64,000 bases of DNA from Eledone cirrhosa. Its lineage: Eukaryota. The stretch covers positions 120,342,001 to 120,406,000 of the forward strand of contig OZ024745.1 in assembly GCA_964016885.1 (NCBI GenBank), written 5' to 3'. Of this stretch, positions 13,387 to 26,518 are shown piece by piece (positions within the stretch are counted from its first letter, which is position 1; each line of letters opens with the position of its first letter). Under the pieces are notes generated by a model. The model saw only the letters and a program-made list of their open reading frames with translations. It did not search any database and had not been told where the DNA came from. Both the position numbers and the translations under genes were made by a program.

Positions 13387-16300
13387 TTGTATGCTTTCCA
13401 GAAGTTTTGTTTTCTTATGTTAAGAAATTTTTTCCATGTCTTCCACATTTCTTTTCTTATTCAATGTGTTTTGTTTTCCCAATTTCTTTCGTTTAGTTCT
13501 GACATCCAAGAGGGTTGTGGTAGGCTTTCTCTTGTATCTTTGATAACTGTTGGTATAATTTCAGCTAAATTTTTAATTTCAGAGTTTATATGTTCAATTA
13601 TAAGTTTTCCGTCCGTAGATGTTGTTCAGAGTTTATATGTTCAGTTATAAGTTTTCCGTCTACAGGCGGAAAACTTATAACTAGACATATAAACTCTGAA
13701 ATTAAAAATTTAGCTGAAATTATACCAACAGTTATCAAAGATACAAGAGAAAGTCTACCACAACCCCCTTGGATGTCAGAACTAAACGAAAGAAATTGGG
13801 AAAACAAAACACATTGAATAAGAAAAGAAATGTGGAAGACATGGAAAAAATTTCTTAACATAAGAAAACAAAACTTCTGGAAAGCATACAAATGCGAAAA
13901 ATATGTCAAAACACATTCGAAATGGCTCTCTCTAACGGCACCCATACTCCCTCGTAAATACCTAATTACAGAAATTGCAGGAGAACCAGAAGAAGAAACA
14001 AAACTCCGATGGGAACTTACATTGACAAAATTCAGGACCGACATCTCCATTTCTCAATGTAAACAATCCCGCTACAAAGCCAAATATGAAGCTATTGATG
14101 ACCAAATTGAAGTCGAAATTTCAAAGCTAACGACAGGTAATATAGCTGAAAAACTATGAGAACTATGGATCAGAGATATCTCAAAAGAAGAAAGCAAATC
14201 AAGAAAGTTATGGCAGCAGAAACAATTATTTCTCGACGAATATGCTGCAAATTACGGGAAAGACTCTGGAACTCTGAGAAAAAGCATTAAAAGTGGACAA
14301 TCTCACCAATACAACATACGCCAGAACACGTGACAACACAAACACTCACCTTACCTTGAATCAAAGAAGAACTACGGTAAGAACTCTTCGCTTTTTCTAC
14401 AAAAACACCCTAATGCACACAACATGAACAAAAAGCACAAACACGATAGATATTCCTTTGAACAGACCATGAGAAGTAGAAAAACCAGGAGATCATTCTC
14501 AAGATCTCAACCGAGACTTGCCACAAAGAACGGGAAAAAAAATTGTAGAATAACCAGATCACTCTCAAGATCTCAACAGAAATTACCCACAAGAAACTGG
14601 GCGAAAAAACGATCTAAACCTGAAAGCAAACCTAGGTCATTTCCCCAGATTGTTAAAAATAATGCTAACAAGAAATGGAAAAATAATATACATAATACCA
14701 AAAATAGGACAAAAAACATAACGAAACCAAATATACTATCACGACCAAAAGTTCATCAAGCAAACACCAACAGGAATATAAATCCTGAACAGAGAAAAAT
14801 CCATTTTTAACATCAGGACAACAAAAACCGGAAAGAGAAAAACTCCAGGAGGAAACATACCCAAAACAACTGTACACGTAAATCCTAAAATAATTAATTT
14901 ATCCAAAAGAGATCTTGACAATGATGTAAGGCAAATTCTGTCAAAAGGACTGAAATTCACACCGACTCCAACAGTCAACCACCAAGAACTGAAGGAGGAT
15001 ACCTAAGAATTCTGTCGAAAATTACGACTTGTAGAATTCTTCGCTGATAAAAATAATGAGTGATGAATCACTAGTAAAGAATAAATCAAATTTCACTCCG
15101 CCAAAAGGAAGAAATATCTATCTCGACCAATACATTGACATCCTGTCTAAATTTCCTCTTAGACGTAATACTAATGTTAGGCCAAACATTAACAAATCAC
15201 AGAAATGTCTGCACTTAAACGTATACAAAATGATAAAACAATAATAATTAAACAAGCAGATAAAGGGGTTATAATGGATGCTGAATACTACAAAGATTTG
15301 GTTGAGGAACAACTGAAAGACACAACATTCTATCATGAAATACCGTCAAATATAGACCACAACATCATGAAGAAGATCAATAATCTGGCTTCAAAATACC
15401 ACAACTCACTTACTGATAAGGAAAGAGACTACATCACCAATTTTGAGCCAAAACCCAGCAACCTGTATGGCCTACCGAAAGTTCATAAGTCAAAAGAAAT
15501 CCAACTGGCAGTAAAAGAACAAAACAGTGAGTACATTAAATTACTACACCCAAAAGACTTAAAACTTAGACCTATTATAGCTGGTCCAACATGCCTTACT
15601 TACCGTCTAAGCAATTTTGTTGACATTATTTTGAAACCACTATGTATTCACATACCCAGTTTCATCCGGGATGATATCGACTTCCTGTCCCATCTTCCCA
15701 AAACCACGGAAACGAATTCACTTAAAACATAGAGAAGTGATTCCCACCAGATTCACAGTGCCATTTATATTAGACGCAGTCAAACTTATTCTGGAAAACA
15801 ACACCTTCTTCTTCAATGGAAAGAATTACATCCAAATTAGAGGCACAGTGATGGGAACGAATTTTGCTCCCGTTTACGCGAACTCTGTAATGGGATACTT
15901 AGAACAACAACTCTACCAAGAAATAGAGGAAAAATATAGCACTGACTTTAGAAAGTACATTGAAAAATCTTGGAAGAGATACATTCACGACTGTTTCATC
16001 ATCTGGAAAGAATCTCTAGCTAGATACTCTGGATGAGTTCAATATCCTCCTGAATAACCTACACCCATCTCTCCAATTCACAAAAGAGATGAGAGCCTAG
16101 CCAGAAGAATGTGTACCATTGTAGAAGATACGAATACCAAGAACAAACGCCTAACAGAACTGAGAGAATGTTTGCTCAAACAAAAATACCCATCTCTACT
16201 TATAGAAAATGGCATACAGCTGGCTATAAAAATACCTATACAACAACTTAGGACAACCCAAGGAAGAAGAAACCAAGAACTGGTCATACCATTTATAATG

Positions 16301-17150
16301 ACACACAACCCATGTCATCAGAATATCTTCAACACTGCTAAAGCAAACCTACCGATCATTTCTCAAAGTAATGAATTAAAAGGCTTAATCACAGACCGAT
16401 CTTTGATTCTTAGTAAAAGGCAGATACCCCTGAGTAACCATCTAGCAACATGTGGTCAGAGAATATTTATAATATTTCCATTCTACAAATTACACAGCCC
16501 AAGTGAAATCAAGAGAAAAATCAAAGAAAAGAATTCTATTGATAAATTCCAACCCAAGCTAAATGAACAATAATAATGGGGTATTACTCCTACTATGACT
16601 ATGGCTACGACAATGTCATGTCGACTACTACCACTAACAACAACAACAACAATAATAATAATAAAAGTGATGTTGATGGTGATGATTACTAGAAAATGCT
16701 ATTTTCATCATTTCTAAAAATAGCAAAACAATTGATGCTTTGGATAGGGTTAAACAGTAGTCGTTAGACATGCTCAACCAACCGTGACGCCTAAACCAAT
16801 CAGCTTTAGTAATCCAGTGAAACTACACACCGATTGGTCGAAATACAGTTTGCAAAATTTAGCATTCTGTAGCCACTTTTCACTGTATATAAGGCACAAA
16901 GTTTACCCATCTCATTACAGTTGAAAATTGCAAACTTGACTGTCATCACATAATATGAACCTGAAGATTGCGAAAGCATGAAAGTACTTGTTCAATTAAC
17001 ATTTAACATTTAATATTCTACCATACTATTTCATTCTAATACCATTATACATTTTAAAGGATTGTAAATAAAACGAGTAAATCAGACAAAGTTGGAATCC
17101 CTTTTATTAATATAATCTTCTATACACAATCATACACACCCTTGTATATT
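13387..17150 (+). mobile_element. Decayed Penelope-like retroelement (RT + GIY-YIG remnant, 5' inversion, 3' pseudo-LTR)
   Basis: Fragmented frames give INLSKR...LSKGLKFTPTP, IIIKQADKG, LYGLPKVHK, LRPII, QIRGTVMGTNFAPVYAN and WKRYIHDCF (YIDD-like), then the C-terminal EIKRKIKE...KFQPKLN. It has stops, frameshifts and internal deletions. Confidence 0.92.
16956..16994 (+). ncRNA. Minimal type I hammerhead ribozyme in the PLE pseudo-LTR
   Basis: tgaac / CTGAAGA / t-tgc-gaaa-gca-t / GAAA / gtac / TT / gttca, about 380 nt downstream of the PLE stop codon. Confidence 0.8.
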
Positions 17151-17239
<89 letters not shown>

Positions 17240-17240
<1 letters not shown>

Positions 17241-17718
17241 CACATCTGCCAAGCCCTTAACAGTGAACTTTTTCTGTTCCTCATCTGGTTGTTCTGCTGC
17301 TTCTTCCAACTCTTCTCTATGTCGCTGCTCTTCCAATTCTATTAAATCTTCGTCAGTCAACTCTCCTTCAACAAAGTTCACTAGACTTTCCACATCTTGC
17401 GCATCCACTTCCAGCCGCAAATTTTGAGCAAGACCAACAATTTTATTACTTATCACTTCAAAATCGGAATTTTTATCGAAACCTTCAAGATTATTAACAA
17501 ACCTTTTCAAGCACTTTTTCCATACACCTTTCATACATTTTTCACTCATGTCCCGCCAAGCTCCGTCAATGTTCTTGATGCAGTTGACAATATTAAAATC
17601 TTTCCAAAATTCACGAAGATCCATTACGTCATCATCCGTTGCTGTTACTGCCTGTGCAAAAGTAGTTCGTAATTAATACGCCTTGAAAGTAGATATCACC
17701 CCTGGTCCGTTGGTTGAA
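17240..17718 (-). mobile_element. Tigger/pogo (DDE_1) transposase fragment
   Basis: QPTDQGVISTFKAY.LRTTFAQ...LREFWKDFNIVNCIKNIDGAW...GVWKK...ELTDEDLIELE matches the Tigger C-terminal half (QPMDQG motif). Confidence 0.85.
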
Positions 17719-17829
17719 GGAGAAGAAGAAGAAGAAGAAGAAGAAGAAGAAGAAGAAGAAGAAGAAGAAGAAGAAGAAGAAGAAGAAGAAGAAGAAGAAT
17801 GACATATTTTTTAGGATATTATTTAGGAT

Positions 17830-18180
17830 AAGTCTAGGGAAAAAAACACCACACAAAACTCCAGTGCCTTTCTTGGTGGACATGTCTAAAAGATTTGAAG
17901 ACAGGAATATTCCTTTCCGACCAAACCCTCATCAAATTCTTCGTCTTTCCAGTAGTAATTTGTGCTTTCATCTACGTGTCGAGTTGAAAGGCCATTGATT
18001 TGTACCACTTAATGCAAGCTTCAGTAACCAGATGGTATTCTTCCAGTATGACACTGACTGCATCTACTTCTGAAGTAACCGATACCATGACAATGCCGTC
18101 GTATGCGTACTGAGACAGGTCTGAACTGCAAATAGGTTCCACAGTAATTCCTCTTAAGATTTCAATTATCCTTAACAAAG
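17830..18180 (-). mobile_element. Degenerate L1/Tx1-like reverse transcriptase fragment
   Basis: LSQYAYDGIVMV...ILEEYHLVTEACIKWYKSMAFQL resembles the YADD...Y...GAxINxxKS region. Confidence 0.45.
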
Positions 18181-18280
18181 GCTGTTACTGCTGTTACTGC
18201 CTGTGCAAAAGTAGTTCGTAATTAATACGCCTTGAAAGTAGATATCACCCCTGGTCCGCTGGTTGAAGACTCAGACCCCG

Positions 18281-18532
18281 AAGAAGAAGAAGAAGAAGAA
18301 GAAGAAGAAGAAGAAGAAGAAGAAGAAGAAGAAGAAGAAGAAGAAGAAGAAGAAGAAGAAGAAGAAGAAGAAGAAGAAGAAGAAGAAGAAGAAGAAGAAG
18401 AAGAAGAAGAAGAAGAAGAAGAAGAAGAAGAAGAAGAAGAAGAAGAAGAAGAAGAAGAAGAAGAAGAAGAAGAAGAAGAAGAAGAAGAAGAAGAAGAAGA
18501 AGAAGAAGAAGAAGAAGAAGAAGAAGAAGAAG

Positions 18533-18562
<30 letters not shown>
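18281..18562. repeat. Pure (GAA)n of ~94 units (a second tract at 17721-17799)
   Basis: Direct reading. Confidence 0.97.
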
Positions 18563-18563
<1 letters not shown>

Positions 18564-18834
18564 GAATTAAATAATTCTCCTGTACTGCATATGATTCCAA
18601 CATTGTATTGGATATAAATTGAACTAATAATATTAAGTGTTATTAACAATATAACTGTCTACTTTTCACATCTGTCCTTTAGATTTTGTAATGATAAAAA
18701 CAATCAATTTATATAAAATTCAATGTTTGATCAATTTATATCAATATAGGAGTTGAAGCACTATCTACTCCTATACTTCTTTCTACTATATTCTAGATTC
18801 TAAAATATAGCAGAAGAGTTTATAATATATCATA

Positions 18835-19090
18835 CTAGCAGAATGGCCCGGCGTTGCTCGGGATTCTAAACATAGATTGGCATGTTTATCCCTCCTTTCT
18901 GAAACAGTACCGAGAAGTACGGAATACAGCCCTCGGGATGGTGTCTACATTTTGTGCTTATAAAAAAAATTCGTCGTACATTACCGGGGGTTTTTCTGTG
19001 CGAAGAAAATCAATACTTTATCGCGAAATAAATACGTTTGTTTATAATATTTTGTTATTATCTATGCAAAAATATCTGTACACGAATATA

Positions 19091-19159
<69 letters not shown>

Positions 19160-19278
19160 TAATAAAAATAATGAATAAACAAAGAAACAGTTCCTTGTAT
19201 TAAAAAATTCATCATTTTACGATCGTTTCTAGGATATATATGTTAGTGTTGGTATGCATATCCTATAGATTTATCTAC

Positions 19279-19331
<53 letters not shown>

Positions 19332-19752
19332 TAACAGATTAAAGTTTAAGCAAAAACGTTACACACTATATATATGTATGTGTTTATATATATATATATA
19401 TATATATATACAAACTATATATATATACATATATACACACACACACACAGATAGCGAAGTCAATGTTTTTTATAATGTCGTAATGTAGACAGCCAGACAT
19501 ACAGACAGATATTATAAGGGCGCGACGTTATAGTTATGTATCTATCTAAAAAGACAGACTAAGAAAGAGAAAGAGACCACTAATCGGCGCCTAATGCGGT
19601 CCCTAGGGCATTCAAAATTTGAAATATTTTTTGCTCAAAACACTCACGCAACCATAAGTATTACATGTGTAAAGTTTGAAAAAAATCGGTTGGGTGGTTC
19701 TCGAGTTTTAGGAAGTCAGACAGACAGACATTCTCTGTTTTAGATATATAGA
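18835..19752 (-). mobile_element. Non-autonomous Helitron, same family as 1220-2762
   Basis: 3' end CTAG plus hairpin (ctagcagaatggcccggcgttgctcggg on +) and a 5' TC end at 19752. Blocks 19498-19563, 19323-19351 and 19063-19098 match the first copy. No coding remnant. Confidence 0.88.
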
Positions 19753-19758
19753 TATATC

Positions 19759-19825
<67 letters not shown>

Positions 19826-19895
19826 GAAGGAAATGTGGAACCAGGTGGACCATAACGCACCAAAGTACTCAATACTTAGGGTAGTAGAGTGGGTA

Positions 19896-19989
19896 ATAGG
19901 AACGAGTAGGACCCCGACGGCTGAGCTCAAGCCGTTTCGACGCGTCGAAACGGCTTGAGCTCAGCCGTCGGGGTCCTACTTGTTCCTAT
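19896..19989. repeat. Spacerless 94-bp palindrome containing the 3' half of a hammerhead motif
   Basis: Centre gacg|cgtc. Each arm reads GAAA-cggct-tgagctc-agccg-TC-gggg. Flanked by (AT)n. Confidence 0.9.
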
Positions 19990-20065
19990 ATATATATATA
20001 TATGTTGGTGTGTGTGTTTGTGTGCTTGTGTCTGTGTTTGTGTCTTTTGTGTATTTGTGTGTGTG

Positions 20066-20116
<51 letters not shown>

Positions 20117-20508
20117 TGTGTGTGTGTGCTTGTGTCTGTGTGTGTGTGCTTGTGTGTGTATGTGCTTGTGCGTGTGTTTGTTTGTGTGTGCGTTTGTGTG
20201 TGGGTGTTTGTGTGGGTGTGTGTGTGTGTGGTGATTTGTGTGTTTTTGTGTGTGTTTATGCGTGTGTGTTTGTGTGCTTGTGTCTGTGTTTGTGTGTGCG
20301 TGCTTGTGTGTGTTTGTGTGTGTTTGTGTGTTTGTGTGTGTGTGTTTGCGTCTATTTGCGCGCGCGCGTGTATGTGTGGGTGATTGTGTGTGTGTGTGTT
20401 TGTGTGTGTATGTGTGTGTGTTTGTGTGTGTGTGTGTTGTGTATGTGTGTGTGGGAGGGGGGTTGTAATCAGTCCATGTCCCGCCGCTCTCGCTTCTAAT
20501 AAGTTTAA

Positions 20509-20726
20509 CCGTTTACCGTTTACATTACTCTATATTTATTATTGTATTTTCACATAAAAGACTTTACCTCATATAATTATCTCGCATAATCCCGAATCTT
20601 TGAGATTTTTATATTTATTTTGAGAGCAATACCTTAACATCAGTATGGGTGGTTAGTTACAGCCGGATTGAACAGAAAGAGGTGAGAGAATTCTGGCCGG
20701 ATACGGCCGGTTTAAATGCTAAAGGG
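20509..20726. mobile_element. piggyBac-like MITE (TTAA TSD)
   Basis: ttaa|cc...aaaggg|ttaa; homologous to 52701-52921. Confidence 0.75.
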
Positions 20727-20964
20727 TTAAAACCCAGATAAATGTAATGAAGAATATATAAGTGAAATTGATAAGAGAGAGTATTCTAAAATATGGCCGA
20801 TAGCAATAACATCAACAATAAACAGCACCAATTTTAACATGATGGAACGTCTATATGGTACAATGATGTATTAGAAATAGGAGACAAATATCCCTCAAAC
20901 TAAATATTCCTCTTATTAAGAGGAAACACATTGGATAATGTAGTCCTAGATAATAGGTCTAAAT

Positions 20965-21276
20965 AAGAGGTTCTCAAATGTTTGAGTATATGTAATACCC
21001 TCAGCGGCCCCAACACTATTTCCAGATAGACCTGCCTACCCACAAATTGTAAGTAATATACAATAGATAAAATCGCTAATTTATTTATAATAAATAATAT
21101 AATATATATTATGTATAAATAAATATATATTTTTTTATTTTACTATATTTATATATAATATGTATCATTTAATATTTAATATACTATTATATCATCTCTA
21201 CTGCCCCCATCCCTGCGCTCCCTGAACCTTCTTAACGCCCCCTGGGGAGCTGTAGCACCCACTTTGAGAACCTCTG
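20965..21276. mobile_element. hAT-type MITE
   Basis: TIRs agaggttctcaaa / tttgagaacctctg; a related inverted copy lies at ~40070-40353. Confidence 0.7.
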
Positions 21277-21709
21277 GTCAATATAGTAAATGATGTATTA
21301 GAAATATGAGGCAAATCTCCCTCAAACTAAATATTACTCTCATTAAGAGGAAACACATTGGATAATGTAGGTCCTAGATACCGTCTGTCTAAATAAATCA
21401 CTGAATGGTCATGACTGGTACCTCTTTGGTAGGTTCGACCAAGGCTGACCATGATCTAAACAAGAATACTACACTGTATAATATATTCTGTGAACCAACA
21501 AAGTAACCTGGCCAATTAGAAATATCAGGCAACCCTCCAACGAATTGGCAGTCAGTTAGAAGGTCGGATAGTACGTTTTGCGGTATTTGTTCCAGCACTC
21601 TACTCTCAAAGGTCAACTTTGCTTTTCATCCTTTCGGGGTTGATAAAAAAAAGGACTAGCCCATGTATATAAGTATATATTTTTGTGGAATTTTATAAAC
21701 GTGCTGGTA

Positions 21710-21869
21710 TGGCGGTGAATTGTCAGAGTTGTTAGAACGTCGGGTAGAATGCTTTATAGTACTCATTCCAGCTCTCTGCTCTCGGAGTTCAAATCTCGCC
21801 GGGGTCAACTTTGCCTTTCATCCTTTCGAGGTCGATAAAAAAAAAGTACCAGTCTAGTACTGGGGCCGA
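21710..21869 (+). mobile_element. SINE family A
   Basis: ggcggtgaattgtcagag...gagttcaaatctcgccggggtcaactttgcctttcatcc. Confidence 0.8.
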
Positions 21870-22494
21870 TTCTTCCTCTATATCTCTTTCTCATTTCCTC
21901 TTTTTCAGTTTCTATCCTTCTCTGGAAGAAATCTGTTGTGTTCAGACCTACAGAGGGATGGGTTCCGACAGCCTTTTAAATGCCCAAGAAACGCTGTATG
22001 CTACTACGACACCTTACCAATCCATTAACAGATATTCGGGGCCAGGTCTCCGGGCTTCCTTCCTCCTACAATTGACGTAGGCCGTGAAAATATCATAGGT
22101 GATGTCGAACTTCGTCTAACTCTAAGTCATATAAAAAACAAACAAAATCATTTAATCCAACTATAGCTCTTCTGTGAAGCTGTTTATAACAGCAAAAACA
22201 ACCAACAAAGTCAAAAGCAGCCTCTAGAGAACCAACAACTACAAAAAGCAAGCAATCTCTTAATCAACTTATGACATTTATTACTCCTACACTATTAAGT
22301 AAGCAAACAATATCGTTGTATTTTCTCCTCTCGTGACATTCTCAAGAGTAATTGCGAGAGATATTAGCTCGCTCTTTTAAGTTTTAATTGTGTCGTACTT
22401 GATTTCTTTATCTTGATTTTAAAATTTCTTCTTTTGCTGGGCTTTTTTTCATTTCATATATCTTTTATTTATTTTTCACCGCCATCAACAGCAT

Positions 22495-24748
22495 CACTAC
22501 TCCACCAACACCAACACCATCACTACTGCACCACGAGCAACACCATCACTACTCCACCAACACCACCATCACTACTACACCACCACCACCATCACTACTA
22601 CACCACCACCACCACCACCACCATCACTACTACACCACCACCACCATCACTACTACACCACCAACAAAACACCATCACTACTACACCACCACCAACAACA
22701 CCATCACTACACCACCACCACCACCACCACCATCAACACCATCACTACACCACCACCACTATCAACACCATCACTACACCGCCACCACCACCAACACCAT
22801 CACTACACCACCACCACTATCAACACCATCACTACACCACCACCACTATCAACACCATCACTACACCGCCACCACCACCAACACCATCACTACACCACCA
22901 CCACTATCAACACCATCACTACACCGCCACCACCACCAACACCATCACTACACCGCCACCACCATCAACACCATCACTACACCACCACCACCAACACCAT
23001 CACTACACCACCACCATCAACTCCATCACTACACCACCACCACCACCAACACCACCACCACCACCATCACTACACCACCACAACCATCAACACCATCACT
23101 ACACCACCACCACCAGCACCATTTCTACACCACCACCACCATCAACACCATCACTACACCACCACTATCAACACCATCACTATACCACCACCACCACCAC
23201 CATCAACACCATCACTACACCACCACCACCAACACCATCACTACACCACCACCATCAACTCCATCACTACACCACCACCATCAACACCATCACTACACCA
23301 CCACCACCACCAACACCACCACCACCACCATCACTACACCACCACAACCATCAACACCATCACTACACCACCACCACCAGCACCATTTCTACACCACCAC
23401 CACCATCAACACCATCACTACACCACCACTATCAACACCATCACTATACCACCACCACCAACACCATCACTACACCACCACCATCAACTCCATCAGTACA
23501 CCACCACCATCAACACCATCACTACACCACCACCATCATCACTACACCACCACCACCAACACCACCACCTACACCACCACAACCATCAACGCCATCACTA
23601 CACCACCACCACCAACACCACCACCACCACCAACACCATCAGTACACCACCACAACCTACAACTCCATCACTACACCACCACCACCACCAACACCATTTC
23701 TACACCACCACCACCATCAACACCATCACTACACCACCACCTCCACCAACACCATTTCTACACCACCACCTCCATCAACACCATCACAACACCACCACCA
23801 CTATCAACACCATCACTACACCACCACCAACAACACCATCACTACACCACCACCACCACCACCACCATCAACACCATCACTACACCACCACCACTATCAA
23901 CACCATCACTACACCGCCACCACCATCAACACCATCACTACACCACCACCACCAACACCATCACTACACCACCAACACCATCACTACACCACCACCACCA
24001 ACACCATCACTAGACCACCACCACCATCAACACCATCACTACACCACCACCACCACCATCAACACCATCACTACACCACCACCACCACCACCATCAACAC
24101 CATCACTACACCACCACCATCAACACCATCACTACACCACCACCACCACCACCATCAACACCATCACTACACCACCACCATCACCACCACCATCAACACC
24201 ATCACTACACCACCACCGCCACCACCGTCACCACCCTCACCACTACACCACCACCACCACCCTCACACTACACCACCACGTCACCACCAACAACAACACC
24301 ACCACCACCCTCACTACTCCACCACCACCGTCACCACCCTCACCACTACACCACCACCACCACCCTCACCACTACATCACCACCCTCACCACTACACCAC
24401 CACTGTCACCTCCCTCTACACTACACCACCACCACCGCCCTCACCACTACACCACCACCCTCACCACTACACCACCACCACTACACCACCTCCGTCACCA
24501 CCCTCACCACTACTCCACCACCACCACCCTCACCACTACACCACCACCGTCACCACCCTCACCACTACACCACCACCCTCACCACTACTCCATCCTCACC
24601 ACCACCACCACCCTCACCACTACTACACCACCACCACCACCCTTACCACCACCACCACTCTCACCACTACACCACCACCACCACCACCACCCTTACCACT
24701 ACACCACCACCACCCTCACCACTACACCACCACCATCCCTACCACCGT
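22495..24748. repeat. 2.25-kb degenerate (ACC)n-based satellite
   Basis: Units such as caccatcactacaccaccac. The 786-aa H/T/P ORF is its translation. Confidence 0.92.
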
Positions 24749-24889
24749 ACCCTCAAATTTCCAATCCCATTAATAGTTTGCAAACACTTCGGTCGGGAGA
24801 TTTCTAATAAAGTCTCTCAAATATTATTACAACTTGCCCTAGAGCTCTATCACTGTGTTTATATATATGTATGTGTGTGTGTGTGCGCG

Positions 24890-25034
<145 letters not shown>

Positions 25035-25302
25035 TTGTGTGTATAAATCCATTTGTTTGTGAATTTGTATATACATGTGTACACATATAGAGATGGATTT
25101 AAAAATAAACAAACACATACATATACTCTATCTCACACATGTGTATACACACACAAACATATATGTAGATACACATATATACATGTATATATATATATAT
25201 ATATACATATATATATACACACACAAAAATATATATATATATATATAAATTAATAAAAACAATGAAATAAAAACAAAGAACAAGTTCCTTATATTAAAAA
25301 AT

Positions 25303-25438
25303 TCATCATTTTACGATCGTTTCTAGGATGTATATGTGTGTTGGTATGTATATCATATAGATCTATGTAAAAATATTACAAATTATCAGAGGAAATATAC
25401 ATACCTTCATATATACATGCTGTCTTCAGAAATGATGA
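25303..25438 (-). ncRNA. Type I hammerhead ribozyme motif with ~100-nt stem-loop II
   Basis: Minus strand: 9-bp stem I tcatcattt / CTGAAGA / c-agcatgtata...tatacatcct-a / GAAA / cgatcg / TA / aaatgatga. Confidence 0.75.
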
Positions 25439-25654
25439 GATTTTTTTATTGAAAAAAAAACAACAAAGATTTAATATAAAAGGTCTGTTTAGGAACTGGT
25501 TTTGAATTGACCAATAGAAAAGTAGTTAGAGGTCAAGTTGATAGAATAGTGGTAATAGAAATTTAATTTGGGGGTAGAGGAGTGCAGACTTATGAATGAA
25601 AAGAATACTTTGGGGATGAAAAGAGGTCAAGTCAGTGAAGGGTACATGAAAATT

Positions 25655-26000
25655 TGATGTTATTAAAGAATAATGTTAAAAACGAAGGAAAGTAAAATTT
25701 TAAGGTAAGGGTATTAGTGAGAAATACCAATCTTATTTAAACCACAAGGAATCTAGATCTATAACAAGAAATTAAATTAATTGATAGGTATACTTATAGG
25801 GATAAATTTATATTAATTTATATGAATGTGATAAATAAGAATTAGATGTTATTAAAGAGTGTAGTTAAAAACGAAGGAAAGTAAAAATTTGGGATAAGGG
25901 TAGTAGTGAGAAATACCAATCTTATATAAACTACAAGGAATCTAGATTCATAACAGGAAATTAAATTAATTTATAGGTATACTTTTAGGTATTAAATTTA
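25655..26000 (+). repeat. ~160-bp direct duplication (period ~188 bp)
   Basis: gatgttattaaaga...aaaacgaaggaaagtaaaa...aggtatactt repeated at ~25657 and ~25845. Confidence 0.85.
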
Positions 26001-26134
26001 GGAAAAGAGAGCTGTAAAAGGGAAATAAAATTATGAAGTTCTCTGTTGTAAAGTACTAATTATAGGTTAACTAAACTAAAAAAACTAATTATAATAATAT
26101 GTAAAATATAAGTGTAAGGTGTATATTAATTATG

Positions 26135-26518
26135 TTTATAATATTTGCCCATTAAAGGGAAATTGTCTTATTAATAACATAGTCTATAAATGTAAAATTA
26201 GCACTAAGGACTCCACTTATTTATATATAGGAGCTACGTCTAACCATTTTAAAGTAAGATTTAATACCCCAAAACATAGTTTTAAAAATGCCGCATTAGC
26301 TAATACAACATCGTTGGCTGAAACAATTAATAATTATAGAAAGAAGAATATCGATTACAACCAGACCTGGACTGTGCTCAAAAGGGCCACCCCTTATCAA
26401 AATAACAGATACGAGTGTAGGTTATGCTCCCAGGAACTTTTTGAAATCATGAAATCTAAGCGACAGGAATTAATTATATCTTGCAATCATAGAATTAGAA
26501 GAACCTTCAAATATTATG
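26135..26518 (+). mobile_element. Penelope-like GIY-YIG endonuclease fragment (same type as 355-815)
   Basis: CPLKGNCLINNIVYKCKI...LYIGATSNHFKVRFN...TSLA...ECRLCSQE...SCNHR. Confidence 0.85.

Noticed and set aside
13387-13891. G-U bias in the other palindromes (13387, 39233, 2809)
   Set aside because: Their few mismatches go in both directions; the bias is specific to 5491-5832.
18232-18649. Poly-Glu/Lys/Leu/Phe ORFs
   Set aside because: Pure (GAA)n microsatellite.
22413-24773. 786-aa His/Thr/Pro extensin- or mucin-like ORF
   Set aside because: The frame cycles among H, T and P runs as expected for slipped (ACC)n DNA; the hydrophobic start is T-rich flank with a non-ATG codon.
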